Source: Octopus sinensis
Lineage: Eukaryota
DNA: 64,000 nt
Assembly: GCF_006345805.1 (NCBI RefSeq)
Contig: NC_043014.1
Span: forward strand, 40,734,001-40,798,000
Direction: 5' to 3'
Shown in pieces: positions 1 to 12,813 of this stretch (positions are counted from its first letter, which is position 1; every line of letters starts with the position of its first letter). A program made the position numbers and the translations under genes. Under the pieces are notes generated by a model. The model searched no databases. It had not been told where the DNA came from and saw only the letters and a program-made list of their open reading frames with translations.

Positions 1-487
1 GTGGAGTTTCCTGAAGCATTTTAGTTTCCATTTGGTATCAGAATGATTAAATTTTCTTTATTGCTAGTAGGAACAGCAGCTTCCTGAACCTTTTCCATCC
101 CATTTTTACTTTAGCTACGATGCTATGTGTTAAAGGAAGAGTTAATGCAAAACTGATTAGGAACAACAATAGATGAGAACATTGTCCCTCTCCACTAATA
201 TTTTTCATTGGTCATCCTCTGTGGTATCATCAGTTTCTTCCACTCCCCTGAGTCACTTCCTATCACCATAAATCTCTTAATCTTCCCCTAAAAATTCAGT
301 GACAGAGACAAGTAAAAGAGTAATAGTTATGTCCTAAATCTTCCCCTAAAAATTTTAGTGACAGAGACAAGTAAAAGAGTAATAGTTATGTCCTAAATTA
401 AATTTGCAGCTAACACCCTTCTCTAACGAAATTCAGGTTTTGTTATCTGGTGCAGATATATAAAAAAGTTTAAGTTCCTTCGATTAA

Positions 488-689
488 CCCTTTTGTTACC
501 AACCCGGCTGAAACCGGCTCTGGCTCTGAGTACAAATGTCTTGTTTTCATAAGTTTTGAATTAAGATCTATCAAACCTTAGTCACAATTTATGTTCCTAA
601 CACTAAGTTATTTTACTAAATTCTTTGTTATATTTAAAGTAATTGAAAGAAACACAGAGCCTATCAAAATAAATACAGTAACGAAAGGG
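488..689 (+). mobile_element. piggyBac-like MITE, family a (other copies 21742-21960, 48803-49014, 53035-53255)
   Basis: TTAA followed by CCCTTTTGTTAC...GTAACGAAAGGG termini. The same internal sequence recurs in three other copies. CCC/GGG ends with TTAA targets are typical of piggyBac. Confidence 0.75.
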
Positions 690-694
690 ATACT

Positions 695-1110
695 TTCCCA
701 GCTTTTATATCCTTAACCACTGTTTCTACCACTTGGATGATTCCTCTGCTGGATCTACTTTGGTTAGACTCTTTCTCTCTCTCTCTCTCACATGCATTCA
801 CCGCATTCAGCAGCCTCTCAAAGTATGCCTCTTTGTTTCAGCATTAATAAGAATATATGTTCTCCTAACAATCAGTCTACACATCTCCTTTATGACATTC
901 TTGGTTTTCTCCCATACTCTGCCTAGCAATCTAGATCATGCACCTGATTCTTACACTACAGAACATGTGCAAATCTCTTTTTTTTTTTTTCTGAAGCTTC
1001 CTTTGCTAACTATACTTGACATCTAGCTATTTGATATTTTTGTAGCTCCCTCCTACAACTCTTTCCAAGCCTTGTATATTCCACTTGTGTCTAATTAGAA
1101 CCTTGCAACA
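695..1110 (-). mobile_element. Degraded RTE-clade LINE fragment (region N-terminal to RT)
   Basis: Minus strand gives disrupted RTE-like peptides (YFERLLN..., V.KAIK.MK.GK-like end) with frameshifts. Confidence 0.55.
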
Positions 1111-1286
1111 GTTACAGATCTGGTTTGTAGCCTTCAGTCTTCAATCAAAATGCCAGTTTTCTTCTATATTATAAATGTTTATTCTTCTTTTATATCATAA
1201 ACGACAATCAGAAATTTCCAGGTGGAGGCACTTTCAGCTCCCTTGTTTTTCTTCAAATTCTGGTTTGGAATGTGTAGGCATGGCTG

Positions 1287-1431
1287 GGTGCAAGTGTGGC
1301 AGTGTGGTAAGAAGTTTACTTCCCAACCACTTGGTTCAGGGTTCAATCCCACTGCATGACTCCGTGAGCAAGTATTTTATACTATAGCTCTGGGCTGACC
1401 AAAGCCTTGTTGGTGGATTTGGTTGTTGGAA

Positions 1432-1435
<4 letters not shown>
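1287..1435 (+). mobile_element. tRNA-derived SINE family B, 5' part
   Basis: GTGTGGTAAGAAGTTT...GGTTCAATCCCACTGC head and CCAAAGCCTTG..GGATTTGG body, matching full copies elsewhere in the window. Confidence 0.8.
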
Positions 1436-1471
<36 letters not shown>

Positions 1472-1477
<6 letters not shown>

Positions 1478-1743
1478 AGAGATAATGGTGCCATTGAGAC
1501 CCAAAGGTGTCAGGTAATGCTGAATAAGTGCTATACACAGGCCATAGTTAAGTTCCAGATTCGGTAATATTGCGAATTAAGAGTTCAACATTGGTTCTAT
1601 GTCAGCGTGTGTATATAAGAATTTTTTGTGTAATAAGATAAAAAACCAAGGGTGTATAGATATTAGACCATTTATAGATTCAATCTATAAATGCTCTAAT
1701 ATCTATACAGCCTTGGTTTTTTTATCTTATTACACAAAAAATT

Positions 1744-1751
<8 letters not shown>
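1472..1751. mobile_element. Head-to-head inverted terminal cassette (probable PLE pseudo-LTR) between (TA)n tracts
   Basis: Near-perfect ~70-bp arms 1612-1680 / 1682-1751 centred on C1681. The left arm runs on to 1472. (TA)n lies on both sides. Confidence 0.65.
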
Positions 1752-1782
<31 letters not shown>

Positions 1783-2703
1783 ATTCAAGTGATGCGGTAG
1801 TGCTCATAAAAAATGCTTCTTAGTCTATCATTCTACAAAACATAGAATATATATATAGTATGATACAAGAGAAAATGATAAGGAGTGTATAATGTAATAT
1901 ATATAAAGTGATTTATGACTCTATGCACTCCTTATCATATACACTGCTTTACATCTTAGAGTGTGCTTCTTCTCTGGATTTATGTCTTCTATAAACGATA
2001 CATATATATATATATATATAAAATGATTAAACATATGTATATATATATGTGTGAGTGTGTATGTGTGTGTGTGAATGTGAGTGTGTGTGTGTGTGTGTGC
2101 CTGTATGTATTATTGTCTCCTTGACTTGATATCATGTGATAATCGCGAGAGTCACTGTGATACAAGCGGTACCCTTTGTTGCTGATCTTCCACGGAAACT
2201 TGTCCGGTCAAGGGAAAATGTGTTATTTGGAAACAGGTAAAAATTGGTGATAGGAAGGGCATCCAGCCATGGAAAATACACCTCCACAAATTGTTTCGCA
2301 CACATGCAAGAATAGAAGAGGGGACATTGAAACGATGATGATAATGATGATGGTGACAATGATCTGAGTCAGTCAAGATCTTATTCTTATGACTAATCAT
2401 TAATCTATGGCTGATGGTAGATTCTTCATCAGGAAAAGACTTGACATTTTACAAATAATCGAGTGTCTTCTTTCCGAGTGACAAGAAAGTATATTTAACT
2501 TGTGTGTGTAACTGGTGATCAGTTGACTGGTTGGTTTCCTGGAGTTCGTATTGCAGATGGTGAAGTCATTTACATCACAGAACTCCACAACACAGAACTA
2601 TCACAGACACATGTACACTCACAGATATGTATGCATGTATGTATGTATGTACGTATGTATGTATGTATGTATGTGTGTGTATCTATCTATCTATCTATTT
2701 ATC

Positions 2704-2745
<42 letters not shown>

Positions 2746-2809
2746 AATATATATATATATATATGAATGTGTGTGTATTTTGTGTCGGTATCATGCATTT
2801 ACATATACA

Positions 2810-2922
<113 letters not shown>

Positions 2923-2965
2923 ATACATACCTGTATATATATATAAATATATATGAATGTATATC

Positions 2966-2996
<31 letters not shown>

Positions 2997-3015
2997 CTAT
3001 CTATATATATATACA

Positions 3016-3047
<32 letters not shown>

Positions 3048-3609
3048 AGTACAAAACTATAAATTTCATCATCCCTTCCTGTACTACCAGTTATCTCTCT
3101 CACCACACTATCTGGGACCACTCCCTATGACAGTCATACTTCATCCTTAACACTGTCCCTCTCCACTTATATTTTTCGTTGCTCATCCTCCTCTATGGTA
3201 TCATCAATTTCTTCCTCTCCCTTGAATCACTTCCTATCGCAATAAATCTCTCATTCTCCCCACACACTCCTGCAACCCACCTAACCAACATTCACCTGTC
3301 ATCCCCCTTCCTCTCATTACTATTACTATTTCACATTACTATTTCACTGCTCTTCACCCTTTCTGTAAGGCAAATCATCACATACCTGCCCTACACTCAT
3401 TCTAATTCTTATGTATTATCAACTAACCCTCTGTCTTTTTCACCAATCACTATATCAATCCTCACTACAACCCAAACTCTAACTGTTCTTCATTTTCCCT
3501 ATTATACTCTTGCAATGCGTCTTTGCCCACCTTTTTCATTCTTTTGTCCCCATTATATCATGTTTCTGTACCTTGAAGGCTCACCTTCCCATCATCATTT
3601 CTCCCACCC

Positions 3610-3990
3610 ATCATCATTTAACATCCATTGTCCATGCTGGCATGGGTTGTACAGTTTTACCAGAGCTGGCAAGCTGGTGGGGCTGCACCAGACTCCTGTC
3701 TGATTTGGCATGGTTTCTATGGCTGGATGCCCTTCATAACATCAACCACTTTACAGAGTGTGCTGGGTGCTTTATGATGGTACTGTACTCATAATTGTAC
3801 ATGGTTCTGCATGGGCACTTTTATGTGATTCTACAGAGGCACTTTTACATGGCACCATATGCACACCTTTACGTGACACCACACAGGCACTTTTATGTGA
3901 CACCGCTATGAGTGCTTTAAATCCTCAGAAGGATCAGGCACCAGGCCTCTCAGTCCTTTGTGAATCTCATATAATGTGAGGTAGCCGCAC
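3610..3990 (-). mobile_element. RTE LINE 3' end/UTR family (family D) with short internal tandem units
   Basis: (CAT)n tail on plus, CTGGATGCCCTTC core, ~20-bp GGCAC-TTTTA repeats, and an ORF-end-like sequence at ~3950. Confidence 0.7.
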
Positions 3991-4020
3991 ATTTTCTCTA
4001 AAGCAAGAAATCTGTTCCTG

Positions 4021-4415
4021 CTTCTCTTTTACTTGTTTCAGTCATTTGACTGTGGCCATGCTGGAGCACCACCTTTAGTCAAAGAAATCAATCCCAGGAC
4101 TTATTCTTTGTAAGCCTAGTACTTAATTTATCGGTCTCTTTTGTTGAAGTGCAAAGTTATGGGGACATAAACACACCAACATTGGTTTTCAAGCAATGAT
4201 GGAGAGACAATCACACACACACACACACACACACACACAAATATATATATATATATGACAAGCTTCTTTCAGTTTCCATCTATTAAATCCACTCACAAGG
4301 CTTCGGTTGGCCTGAGGCTATAGTAGAAGACATTTGCCCAAGGTGCCACACTGTGGGACTGAACTTGGAACCATATGGTTAGGAAGTAAGCTAATCACCA
4401 CACAGCTACACCTGC
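4021..4415 (-). mobile_element. tRNA-derived SINE family B, near full length
   Basis: Reverse complement of the family B consensus (GGTGCTCCAGCATGGCC...GACTGAAACAAGTAAAAGAG tail). Confidence 0.85.
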
Positions 4416-4434
4416 TAAAGTAATGAAAGATTGT

Positions 4435-4750
4435 GAAGGCATGTGGCTTAGTGGTTAGAGTATCTGGCTCACTATTGCAAAATTGTGTGTTCGATACCGA
4501 GCATTGCACTGTGTCCTTGTGCAAGATGCTTTACTTCACGTTACTTCAGAACACTCAGCTGGCAAAGGTGAGCAATACCTGTATTTCAAAGAGCCATCCT
4601 TGTCATATTCTGTTTCATGTTGAACATCCCTGAGAACTACATAAAGGTTATGCAGGTTTGCGGAGTTCTCAGCTACTTGCATGTTAATTTAGCTGTTCCA
4701 CTGATCAGATCAACTGGAATACTTGCTCTCATAACTAATGATGTTCATGG
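4435..4750 (+). mobile_element. tRNA-derived SINE related to family A (similar copies 39866-40150 +, 40170-40510 -, 49862-50010 +)
   Basis: GAAGGCATGTGGCTTAGTGGTTAGAG A-box head, TGTGTCCTTG core, and a body shared with family A (CTGTATTTCAAAG...GAGAACTAC). Confidence 0.7.
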
Positions 4751-6697
4751 TTAATGAAAGCTAGCTTTGATGTCTTCATGTTATGTTGAATTATTTCCTT
4801 TTGTTCACGCTATTCTTTTAATGATATATACATTAAGGAGGAAAACGTGGCTTCCAGTTTACCCAACGTATTACCAAATCTGTAATTTGTACCATTTTAA
4901 AGAAAAAAAGAATGAGCTAAAACATGCAAACTGTGGCAAGAGGCATATATGCAGGCTAAATACCATTTGTGACATCCACATGGATTAAATGGGAAAATCT
5001 ATTATTAATGTAGAAAAGGCAGGTGGAGAATCAGCTAATGGGATAGTAAGTGGATCTGCGAAAAAATGTCTATTTAGAGAGAGGGAGAAAGAGAGAGAGA
5101 CATGTTCGTATTAACAGCAATGGAAAACCAGTTAGTTTGAATCATTCAAGCAGTATTCTGGTGTTCACAGTGTTCCTAGGCATAGCAAAGCTGCCAGCTC
5201 ACATTTTCAGTTATTGCAGAAGCATCTTGTGTTGCATTTTATAAGTTTGTGAAGGTGCAGGGGGTGGCTGTGTGGTAAGTAGCTTGCTAACCAACCACAT
5301 GGTTCTGGGTTCAGTCTATGGAAACAGCAAGTTCATGATTTTTCTGTTTTACTAATGCTCAAAGGATGATCCAAAATATTGGAGAGAAATGGAAGAATAT
5401 TTGTTCAATGAATTTACTCCAAAATTAAAGAAATAAAAACCCCGTTTATAGAGACACTGAAAATTTTATTACAGGATGACTTTTACAAGCAAACCAAGTC
5501 ACCACAAACATCATTTTTGTTACTGCTGTTACTAAAACAAATTATTGAGAAAAATGACTTTTAACAAATCACCACACAAACAAATGTACGAAGAACCCTC
5601 TAAAAGAACCCTTCACCTATCTTGAACAACAAGAAATCAGCCATTTAATGTCTTCTCCAGATTAAGACCAACAGTTTATTAGAATTAATAACTAGACATT
5701 TCTAGACAAAGCTGTCGTCAAAACAACCAACTCAGAAATCATTTGTTCTTTGTTTCATCCTTCGAAAGCTGACATTTGTTTACACACAGATAATGAATGG
5801 AATCAATAAACCTCTGGCCTTTCTGGACAAAGATGTTATTCAAATAAAAGAAACTGCTTAAAAATACAACCTTTCCCGAAACTAATTTGCTCTTTGTTTA
5901 AACATTTACCATGTACACACATAAACACACGCACACATACACATAGATTAAAAAAAAACAAATAGGTGGACACACATCTTAATGGGTCACTTCCAAAACT
6001 CACTTATTCTTTACCCAACCCCCGGATTCAAGTAAATAAATTTATCAAGAATGTTTAAATTCAAATTCTTTATGATACATGTGTGTAGATTGTGAATTTT
6101 ATGTTTTCATATTAAAAGTGAAAATGAAGAAAAAATTTTCATCATTGGACACTCTTTTATTTTTGGGAAGGGAAAAACACTGCACAAACAGCAAAAAAGA
6201 TATGTTGGGTTTATGGGGATAGTGCCACAACTGAAAGTACTGTTTGTAAGTGGATCCCTAAGTTCAAAAGCAGAAATTTTGATCTGGAAGACAAAGAATA
6301 TTCCAGCTGGGCCGCAGTCATTGATGATGACAACTAAGCTCTACATGATTGAGGAATGGCAATTAAATATTGGGTCAAAAAAACATAGGGAAGTGATTCC
6401 CTGTAGATTTATATACAGACTTATATTAGGCACTTTGAGACTTATCCTTGAGAATAACACATTCACAATAGGAAAAAAATTATCTTCAAATTACAGACAC
6501 AGCAATTGGAACCAAATCTGTTTCAGTAATTCAGTAATGGGATACTTAGAACAAAAACTGTATGAAAGAGTAGAGGAAAATTATGGCATTAACTTTAAGA
6601 GATATGTTAAGAGAAAGATATCTTGATGATTATTTCTAATTTGGACAAATTCTGTAAATATTTTGAAAGAATTCAGTGTCCTTCTGAACAATGTATA

Positions 6698-6976
6698 TCA
6701 TCATCATCATTGTTCGACCGTGGTCGAGACAATGGAATTTACTATGCTACGCCAGACTTCACAGTCCATCATAGCATTATGGAGGTCCTGTTGCTGGATG
6801 CCTGTATCCCTGGAGATTACATAGGAGAGTGTGCGCCCTCTGGTATTGTGAGTTGATGGCTTCCAGAGGAGAAGAGTAGAAATTGCCTCGTTTTCAGCTC
6901 TACAGCAATGCCCAGCAAACTGGACTCTCCTACCTTTCACAAGAGATGATACAGGTGGTAGTTTCCCATATATTTG
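6698..6976 (-). mobile_element. RTE-X-like LINE 3' end
   Basis: Peptide YGKLPPVSSLVKGRRVQFAGHCCRAENE..LLLWKP..DTG..AMMD..VWR followed by a (TGA)n tail. It splits the PLE RT at the NN|LHP position. Confidence 0.8.
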
Positions 6977-7183
6977 TACACCTAAGTTTGAAATTTACAA
7001 AGGAGATGAACAATACAAAATTATCGTTTCTTGGCTATAATGGTAATTAAAAATAATACCAATATCACAATAGATATATATTACAAGCATACAGAAAGAC
7101 CTCAGTATCTAAACTTTAAATCATGCTATTCAACACATACAAGACATATCTCATACTGTCACACAGGAAATTTTGTACAATTA

Positions 7184-7589
7184 TCTGTATATATAAAAGG
7201 CAGGATGTGTGCGTGTGTGTGTGTGTGTACGTGAATGTAATTTATGCATTTCCACAAATTAACACGCATGTCGCTCCAATTTTAGGAGAACATTCGTCAT
7301 GACCCTAGCTGTATTTTCGTCAACTTATTTTTCCCAGAGGCACCAGCGAACAGCAGTAAAAATAAATTTTCAACCAAAACTTAACAATTTTCAAGTCGGA
7401 GAAATCACCATTGTTTGCAAACAGGAATTAAGTTCCCTTCTAGCAACGAGTAAGTTTTTGTTAAGACTTTTGTTATTTTTTTTCCATCAAGGAAAAAAGA
7501 GTTTTGTTGATATATGGGCAACACACATACACAAAATGAACATGTATGCATACAAAAACATGTATGCAATAGGTGTATGTGTGTGTTGC

Positions 7590-7632
<43 letters not shown>

Positions 7633-7752
7633 AATTTCAGTGGATTTCACCCAAATTTGATGTCGATATTACTTAGTTTGGTTTGAAATAAAGAACTTGA
7701 TTAGCTCAATAATCCTAACTTAATCCCAGGTAAAGCCGGGTTATACTGCTAG
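7184..7752 (+). mobile_element. Non-autonomous Helitron
   Basis: 5' TC start, 3' hairpin CCCAGGTAAAGCCGGG plus CTAG end, inserted between A and T with no TSD. Removing it restores the PLE frame CTI|INDIDT. Confidence 0.9.
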
Positions 7753-7894
7753 TTAATGATATAGATACCAAGGGCAAACAACTCATAGAACTCAAGACAT
7801 TTCTACTCAAGCAAAAATATCCACCCCTACTGATAGAAAATGATATACAATATGAAAAAAAAATACCAGGAATATCCATAAGTATATCTGGATT

Positions 7895-9145
7895 AGGGAT
7901 ACTTTGGGATAGAGGTCACTGATGGATTTTGTTATTGTCTCAGACTTCTTTAATCCAGTGCTGGACGTTTGTATAAAAAGAAGGGCTGAGTTGTCAATTG
8001 ATCACTATCTATTTGTCTGTAACTGGAGACAATCTCCAGCAGAGAAAACTCACAAGACTGGTAAATTCAGTGTAACTTATCGAATAAAGTGGAAAGCCCA
8101 AGCAGATGGGGGATCAGAAACAAATATGCAGACAAAACTGCATCAAATTTCAAAGACTTTTCTAAACAGGCCAAGGATGTTAAAACAGAGTGGAGTTTTT
8201 TTTTTTTTTTCAGTTCCTTCTTTGGCTGTACAATAATGCAGACAAAAGCAGTTTGGTGTGGTACCAAGTGGTAAAAGAAATTCCTGGTTTAACCAGGAAG
8301 TTAAAGGTGTCAAAGAGGTTTACAAAACTTTGGCTTGGAAACAAGTCTCCCCCCTTGTACAAGTGGTATACTAAGGCATGGAAAGTAACAGCAGAGACAA
8401 TAAAAATGTCTGTCTAAGGTTAAGTTATGGGAGAACTCTGTGGTTAAGCTGAACTCTGACTATATATTATCCAATAAAGTATTCTGGCTGACCATCTGCT
8501 GACTTGTAACAAGAAACCCTCTTACACCTGTCATTTAGAACTCAGCTGGGGCTCATCTCTCTACAAAAAAGAGCATTCTTAGGAAGTGGAGAGAATACTT
8601 CACTGATCTCTTAAATCAAGTCATGAAAAAAAATCTTCTGGTGGACACTATATGCATCTAGAAATCAAGATTAACTTCACAGAGGCTGAAGTTATAGGGG
8701 CAATTAATGTAACAAATGTAACAAGGCCACTCACTAGAGAGGATGAGATTTGGCCTGAGATGATAAAAGCCTTAAATAGAGAAGGTATTCTTTGGCTGAC
8801 TCATGTATGCCAGGTGGCTTGGACCTTTGGAAATACACTGAAGCAATGATGATCTGGGGTGGTAATCACAGTACTTTTTAAGGGAGACAAATTCTTGCTT
8901 TGTAGACCTTGAAAAGGCATATGACTTCATGCTGCAGGACATGCTGAAGAGGGATTTGCAGGAATTTGGGATTAATGGGCAGCTTTTGTTGCCACAAAGT
9001 CCCTATACAATTGTCCAGATGTTTGTGTTAGGATAAATGGTGCTTTGTTGAAAGCTTTTAATGCCGATGTTGGACTTCAGCATGGATGTATCTAGTCACC
9101 TCTCCTTTTTTATAAGTTTTATGAACTGAATTGACACATGCGGGA
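7895..9145 (+). mobile_element. Degraded RTE (Expander-like) LINE: APE C-terminus to RT
   Basis: SLMDFVIVSD..VLDVCIKRRAELSIDH, EDEIWPEMIKALNREGILWL, CFVDLEKAYD and GLQHGC..SPLLF motifs, with stops and deletions. Confidence 0.85.
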
Positions 9146-9475
9146 GAATATATAAAAATCTATATGCAGGAATCCTCTGTGTTATGGAAGTAATGTGCTC
9201 CTGAAAATCTAAATGTCATATGAAATTTCATGAAATTAGAATGAAATTAATTTTCCAATGATTTTCCTGTTATAAAGTAAGAATGACAAATTTTTAAAGA
9301 AAAACACAATAAAAAAAGAAAGAAAAGAAGACAAATAACATGGCCAATTTTATGCACGAAAAAAAAAATTTCTAAACATACACAGCACTACATGTAGACA
9401 TAAAAGCATTTGAAGAGAAATACATTGGAGAATAAATAAGAAATGTCATATTGTAATAAGGTATAAGGCAGCAAG

Positions 9476-9668
9476 ATGGCAGAATTGTTTGCATGCCGGA
9501 CAAAATGCCTAGCAGCAGTTTGTCTGTCAAATTCTACTGAGGTTGAATTTGTTTTTTATCTTTTTGGGGTCAATAAAATAAGTACCAGTTGAGCACTGGG
9601 GTTGATGTAATCAACTAAGCCCTTCTCCTGAAACTGCCACCCTTGTGCCAAAATTTGAAATCAGTATT
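9476..9668 (+). mobile_element. tRNA-derived SINE family C (older copy)
   Basis: GGCAGCAAGATGGCAGAAT head and GGGGTCAATAAAATAAGTACCAG body shared with family C. Confidence 0.7.
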
Positions 9669-9677
9669 GTAAAAAGG

Positions 9678-10110
9678 TGTAACAGGATGAGAGATCCCTG
9701 CACTGGATGGGTGCAGCTCACATCCTTTACATTAAATATTAATCGAAGGAAAGAGTCAAGATTTCTGATTAACTTCAACAGTATAAATACTTATTCTTTG
9801 ATTTGCAATATAAACATTTCCTTCCTCCGGGCGAATCGGCAGCCTAGGAGCTTATCGGCAGTAGTCAAGTGGAGTGAGCCAAATCCTGCCCGTTCAAGCA
9901 TAGCGGAGAGGCGCCACGAGGTAGCTGCTCGAGAGAGCTGATGAAGACACGTCTGTCTTGTTCAGCTGCTGGCGTCCAAGAGAGTGATGCAAGAGAATTT
10001 CGCTGCTGCTAGTTTTCTGCACATGCGCATGAGGAAGCTTCAGGCAGGCCTCCTGGAAGACTCCAGCCCTGCGCATGCGTGCTGGAGATTTCCAAGATGG
10101 CGTCACTACA
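9678..10110. mobile_element. Solo LTR (Gypsy-like)
   Basis: TGTA...TACA termini, exact 4-bp TSD AAGG (9674-9677 / 10111-10114), 433 bp, GC-rich half. Confidence 0.8.
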
Positions 10111-10120
10111 AAGGTATAGG

Positions 10121-10455
10121 CAGCGAGCTGGCAGAAATGTTAGCACATCGAGCGAAATGCTTAGCGGTATTTCGTCTGCCGTTACATGGTGAGTTCAAAT
10201 TCCGCCGAGGTCGACTTTACCTTTCATCCTTTCGGGGTCGATAAATTAAGTACCAGTTATGCACTGGGGTCGATGTAATCGACTTAATACCTATGTCTGT
10301 CCTTGTTTGTCCCTTCTATGTTTAGCCCCTTGTGGGTAATAAAGAAATGGGTATAGGCAGCGAATTGGCGCAGTTGTTGAAGTGTCAGACAGAATACTTC
10401 AGTGTATTTGTCTTGACTCTCTTCACTCTGAGTTCAAATCCTACAAAGGGCCTGC
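10121..10455 (+). mobile_element. SINE family C copy directly upstream of an older family C head
   Basis: GGTATAGGCAGCGA duplicated at 10113-10126 and 10350-10363. Another copy lies at 10781-10994. Confidence 0.85.
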
Positions 10456-11225
10456 CTTGTCACATTCTGGGTTACACTGAAGCTCCCTTAGAACTACATA
10501 GAGTTCATGTGCCTGTGTAGTGATTAGCCACTTGCATGTTAATTTCCTGAGCAAGCTGTTCCATTGATGGAATCAACAGGAAACACTCATTGTTGTAACT
10601 GATGGAGGGCCAGTTATGTTGAACTTCTTCCAGAAGTCTCTAAGGTTATCCTTCCTTTCAGTTCTTTCATAATTTGCTTGAAAGTTCTCAGATAATATGC
10701 CATGAAGTTAGCCATCATGCCTTGATCCATTGGCCGGAGCAAAATTTGTTCTCTTGATATGACTTATCCTTTTCTTACTGAGCTGGCAGAAACGTTAGCA
10801 TGCTGGGCGAAATGCCTAGCGGTATTTCGTCTGTTGTTACGTTCTGAGTTCAAATTCCGCCGAGGTCGACTTTGCCTTTCATCCTTTCGGGGTCGATAAA
10901 TAAAGTACCAGTTTTGCACTGGGGTCGATTTAATCCCTTTTTCTGTCCTTGTTTGTCCCCTCTATGTTTAGCTTCTTGTGGGCAGTAAAGAAATATATAT
11001 TAGCAAGTTCATTTAATTTCAGTGGGTAGGTGGCTTGATGCATTGTATAAAAGGAGCAAATGCTGCATTGGAAATATTATGTCTAGCATTGAACCTTTCA
11101 GCAAAAATGTTTGTAAACTACGCTTTGAAAAGGCTCTTATAAGAAATGACTTCTGCTGAATCAGAAGTACATGAAGTTTTGCCTCACTCTTGAAAGTCCT
11201 TGGGTTTTCAGAGTAATATCTGAAT

Positions 11226-11623
11226 GTTTGTTTCTTCTTGAGCCATGCCTGGCTCATAAGGGCTGGTTTCCTGGTTTCCTTGGCATATAGGTTCTTCACC
11301 CGGATGGGACATTGGTCTTTGGATAGGCCTCTGAGCAGTTATCATCATGACAACTTTCTCTGTCATAGTCAATGCAACAATCACACGGTACACACCTTCC
11401 TTCCAAGCAGAAATTAGCTTGGTGAGCTGCAAGATGCAGGAGGAAAGAATGAGAGCAAGTTGTGGTGAAAGAATCAGCAGAAGTTCGCCATTACCTTCTG
11501 CCGGAGCCACCTGGGGCTTAGGCGTTTCGCTCATAAACACACACATCACCCTTTCTGAGATTTGAACCTGCGATCCCTTGACCGCGAGTCTGCTGCTCTA
11601 ACCACTAGGCCATGTGCCTCCAC
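11226..11623 (-). mobile_element. tRNA-derived SINE (family A-related) with 11-bp TSD
   Basis: AATATCTGAAT at 11215-11225 and 11624-11634. GGAGGCACATGGCCTAGTGGTTAGAGC head. Confidence 0.9.
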
Positions 11624-12246
11624 AATATCTGAATAGGCAACTCTGATATCATATCATCAGTGATACGTTCTCCCAAAAGAAGTGTAAGACAATTCTTCAT
11701 CATCATCATCATCATCATCGTTTAACGTCTGCTTTTCATGCTAGCATGGGTTGGATGGTTCAACTGGGGTCTGGGAAGCCAGGAGGCTGCACCAGGCCCA
11801 GTCTGATCTGGCAGTGTTTCTACAGCTGGATGCCCTTCCTAATGCTTGGATCCTTTAAATACTGGTGTTGATTTTTTTCTGCTTGAGAAACATGTTCTAG
11901 CAGGCATTAACTTCCAGAAAACTGTAGATTTATCAACGATGCATTTTGCTTAAGCAATGATGTTTTACAGTTGCTCAGGACAATTAGTAGCAATCTCTGT
12001 TTCAGCATCGACAGTCTCATCAGTTAGATTCATGTGAACATTAAAACACCTCTTAAACCTTCCAAATGACTAACATATTAGGCAAAAAAGCTTCTCATTA
12101 GAAATTTCTCCTTTCTTTTTCGGCAAATCGTCATAAAAACTTTTTGATTTTCCTTTTCTATGAATTACCGTCATGCTTATTCATATTATATCAAGTCTGA
12201 TCCTCAATTTAACTACTCAGGAGTCATTCTATTTTAGGAATCACAT

Positions 12247-12813
12247 TCATCATCATCGTTTAACGTCCGTTTTCCATGCTAGCACGGGTTGGACGGTTCG
12301 ATAGGGGTCTGGGAAGCCAGGAGGCTGCACCAGGCTCCAGTCTGATCTGGCAGTGTTTCTACAGCTGGATGCCCTTCCTAACGCCAACCACTCCGTGAGT
12401 GTAGTGGGTGCTTTTTACGTGCCACCAGCACAGGTGCCAGGGGAGGCTGGCAGCATCCACAATTGGTTTGTGCTTCTTACGTGCCACCGGCTCAGAAGCC
12501 AGTCAAGGCGGCGCTGGCATTGGCCACGTTTGGATGGTGCATTTTATGTGCCACCGGCACAGGTATCACAACTACTATTTCCATTTTATATTTATTTCGA
12601 TGTTGATGTACTTGACTCAGTAGGTCTCCTCAAGCACGGCAGGTCATGTGCCACCGGCACAGAAGCCAGTCAAGGCAGCGCTGGCATCGGCCACATTTGG
12701 ATGGTGCTTTTTACATGCCGCCGGCACAGGTATCGTAACAACAATTTCCATCTGATATTTATTTTGATATTGATGTACTTGACTCAATAGGTCTCCTCAA
12801 GCACAGCAGGTCA
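12247..12813 (-). mobile_element. RTE 3'-UTR family D with a duplicated ~165-bp internal block. Other copies: 11698-11845, 15135-15405, 19883-20120, 21995-22333, 26361-26602, 32598-32817, 33226-33429, 34749-34843, 38381-39000, 39209-39449, 48426-48768, 50205-50845, 59222-59652
   Basis: Shared GGTTGGCGTTAGGAAGGGCATCCAGCTGTAGAAA core, GTGCCGGTGGCAC units and (GAT)n tail. The 5' end resembles an RTE ORF end (GCTGTGCTTGAGGAGACC). The copy at 50205 follows RTE C-terminal coding sequence. Confidence 0.85.

Larger units (their letters stand above)
6340..7875 (+). mobile_element. Degraded Penelope-like RT fragment, interrupted by an RTE-X tail and a Helitron
   Basis: Colinear with the better-preserved PLE at 29275-31490 (KHREVIP.RF, LILENNTF, SVMGYLEQ, DIYYKHT, LLKQKYP) once the insertions are removed. 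Confidence 0.9.

Noticed and set aside
279-398. ~59-bp direct tandem duplication
   Set aside because: Ordinary local slippage duplication with no further structure.
4770-5500. Possible GIY-YIG/PLE 3' relic (CANCG..., EEYLFNEFTPKLK)
   Set aside because: Too degraded to assign by eye.
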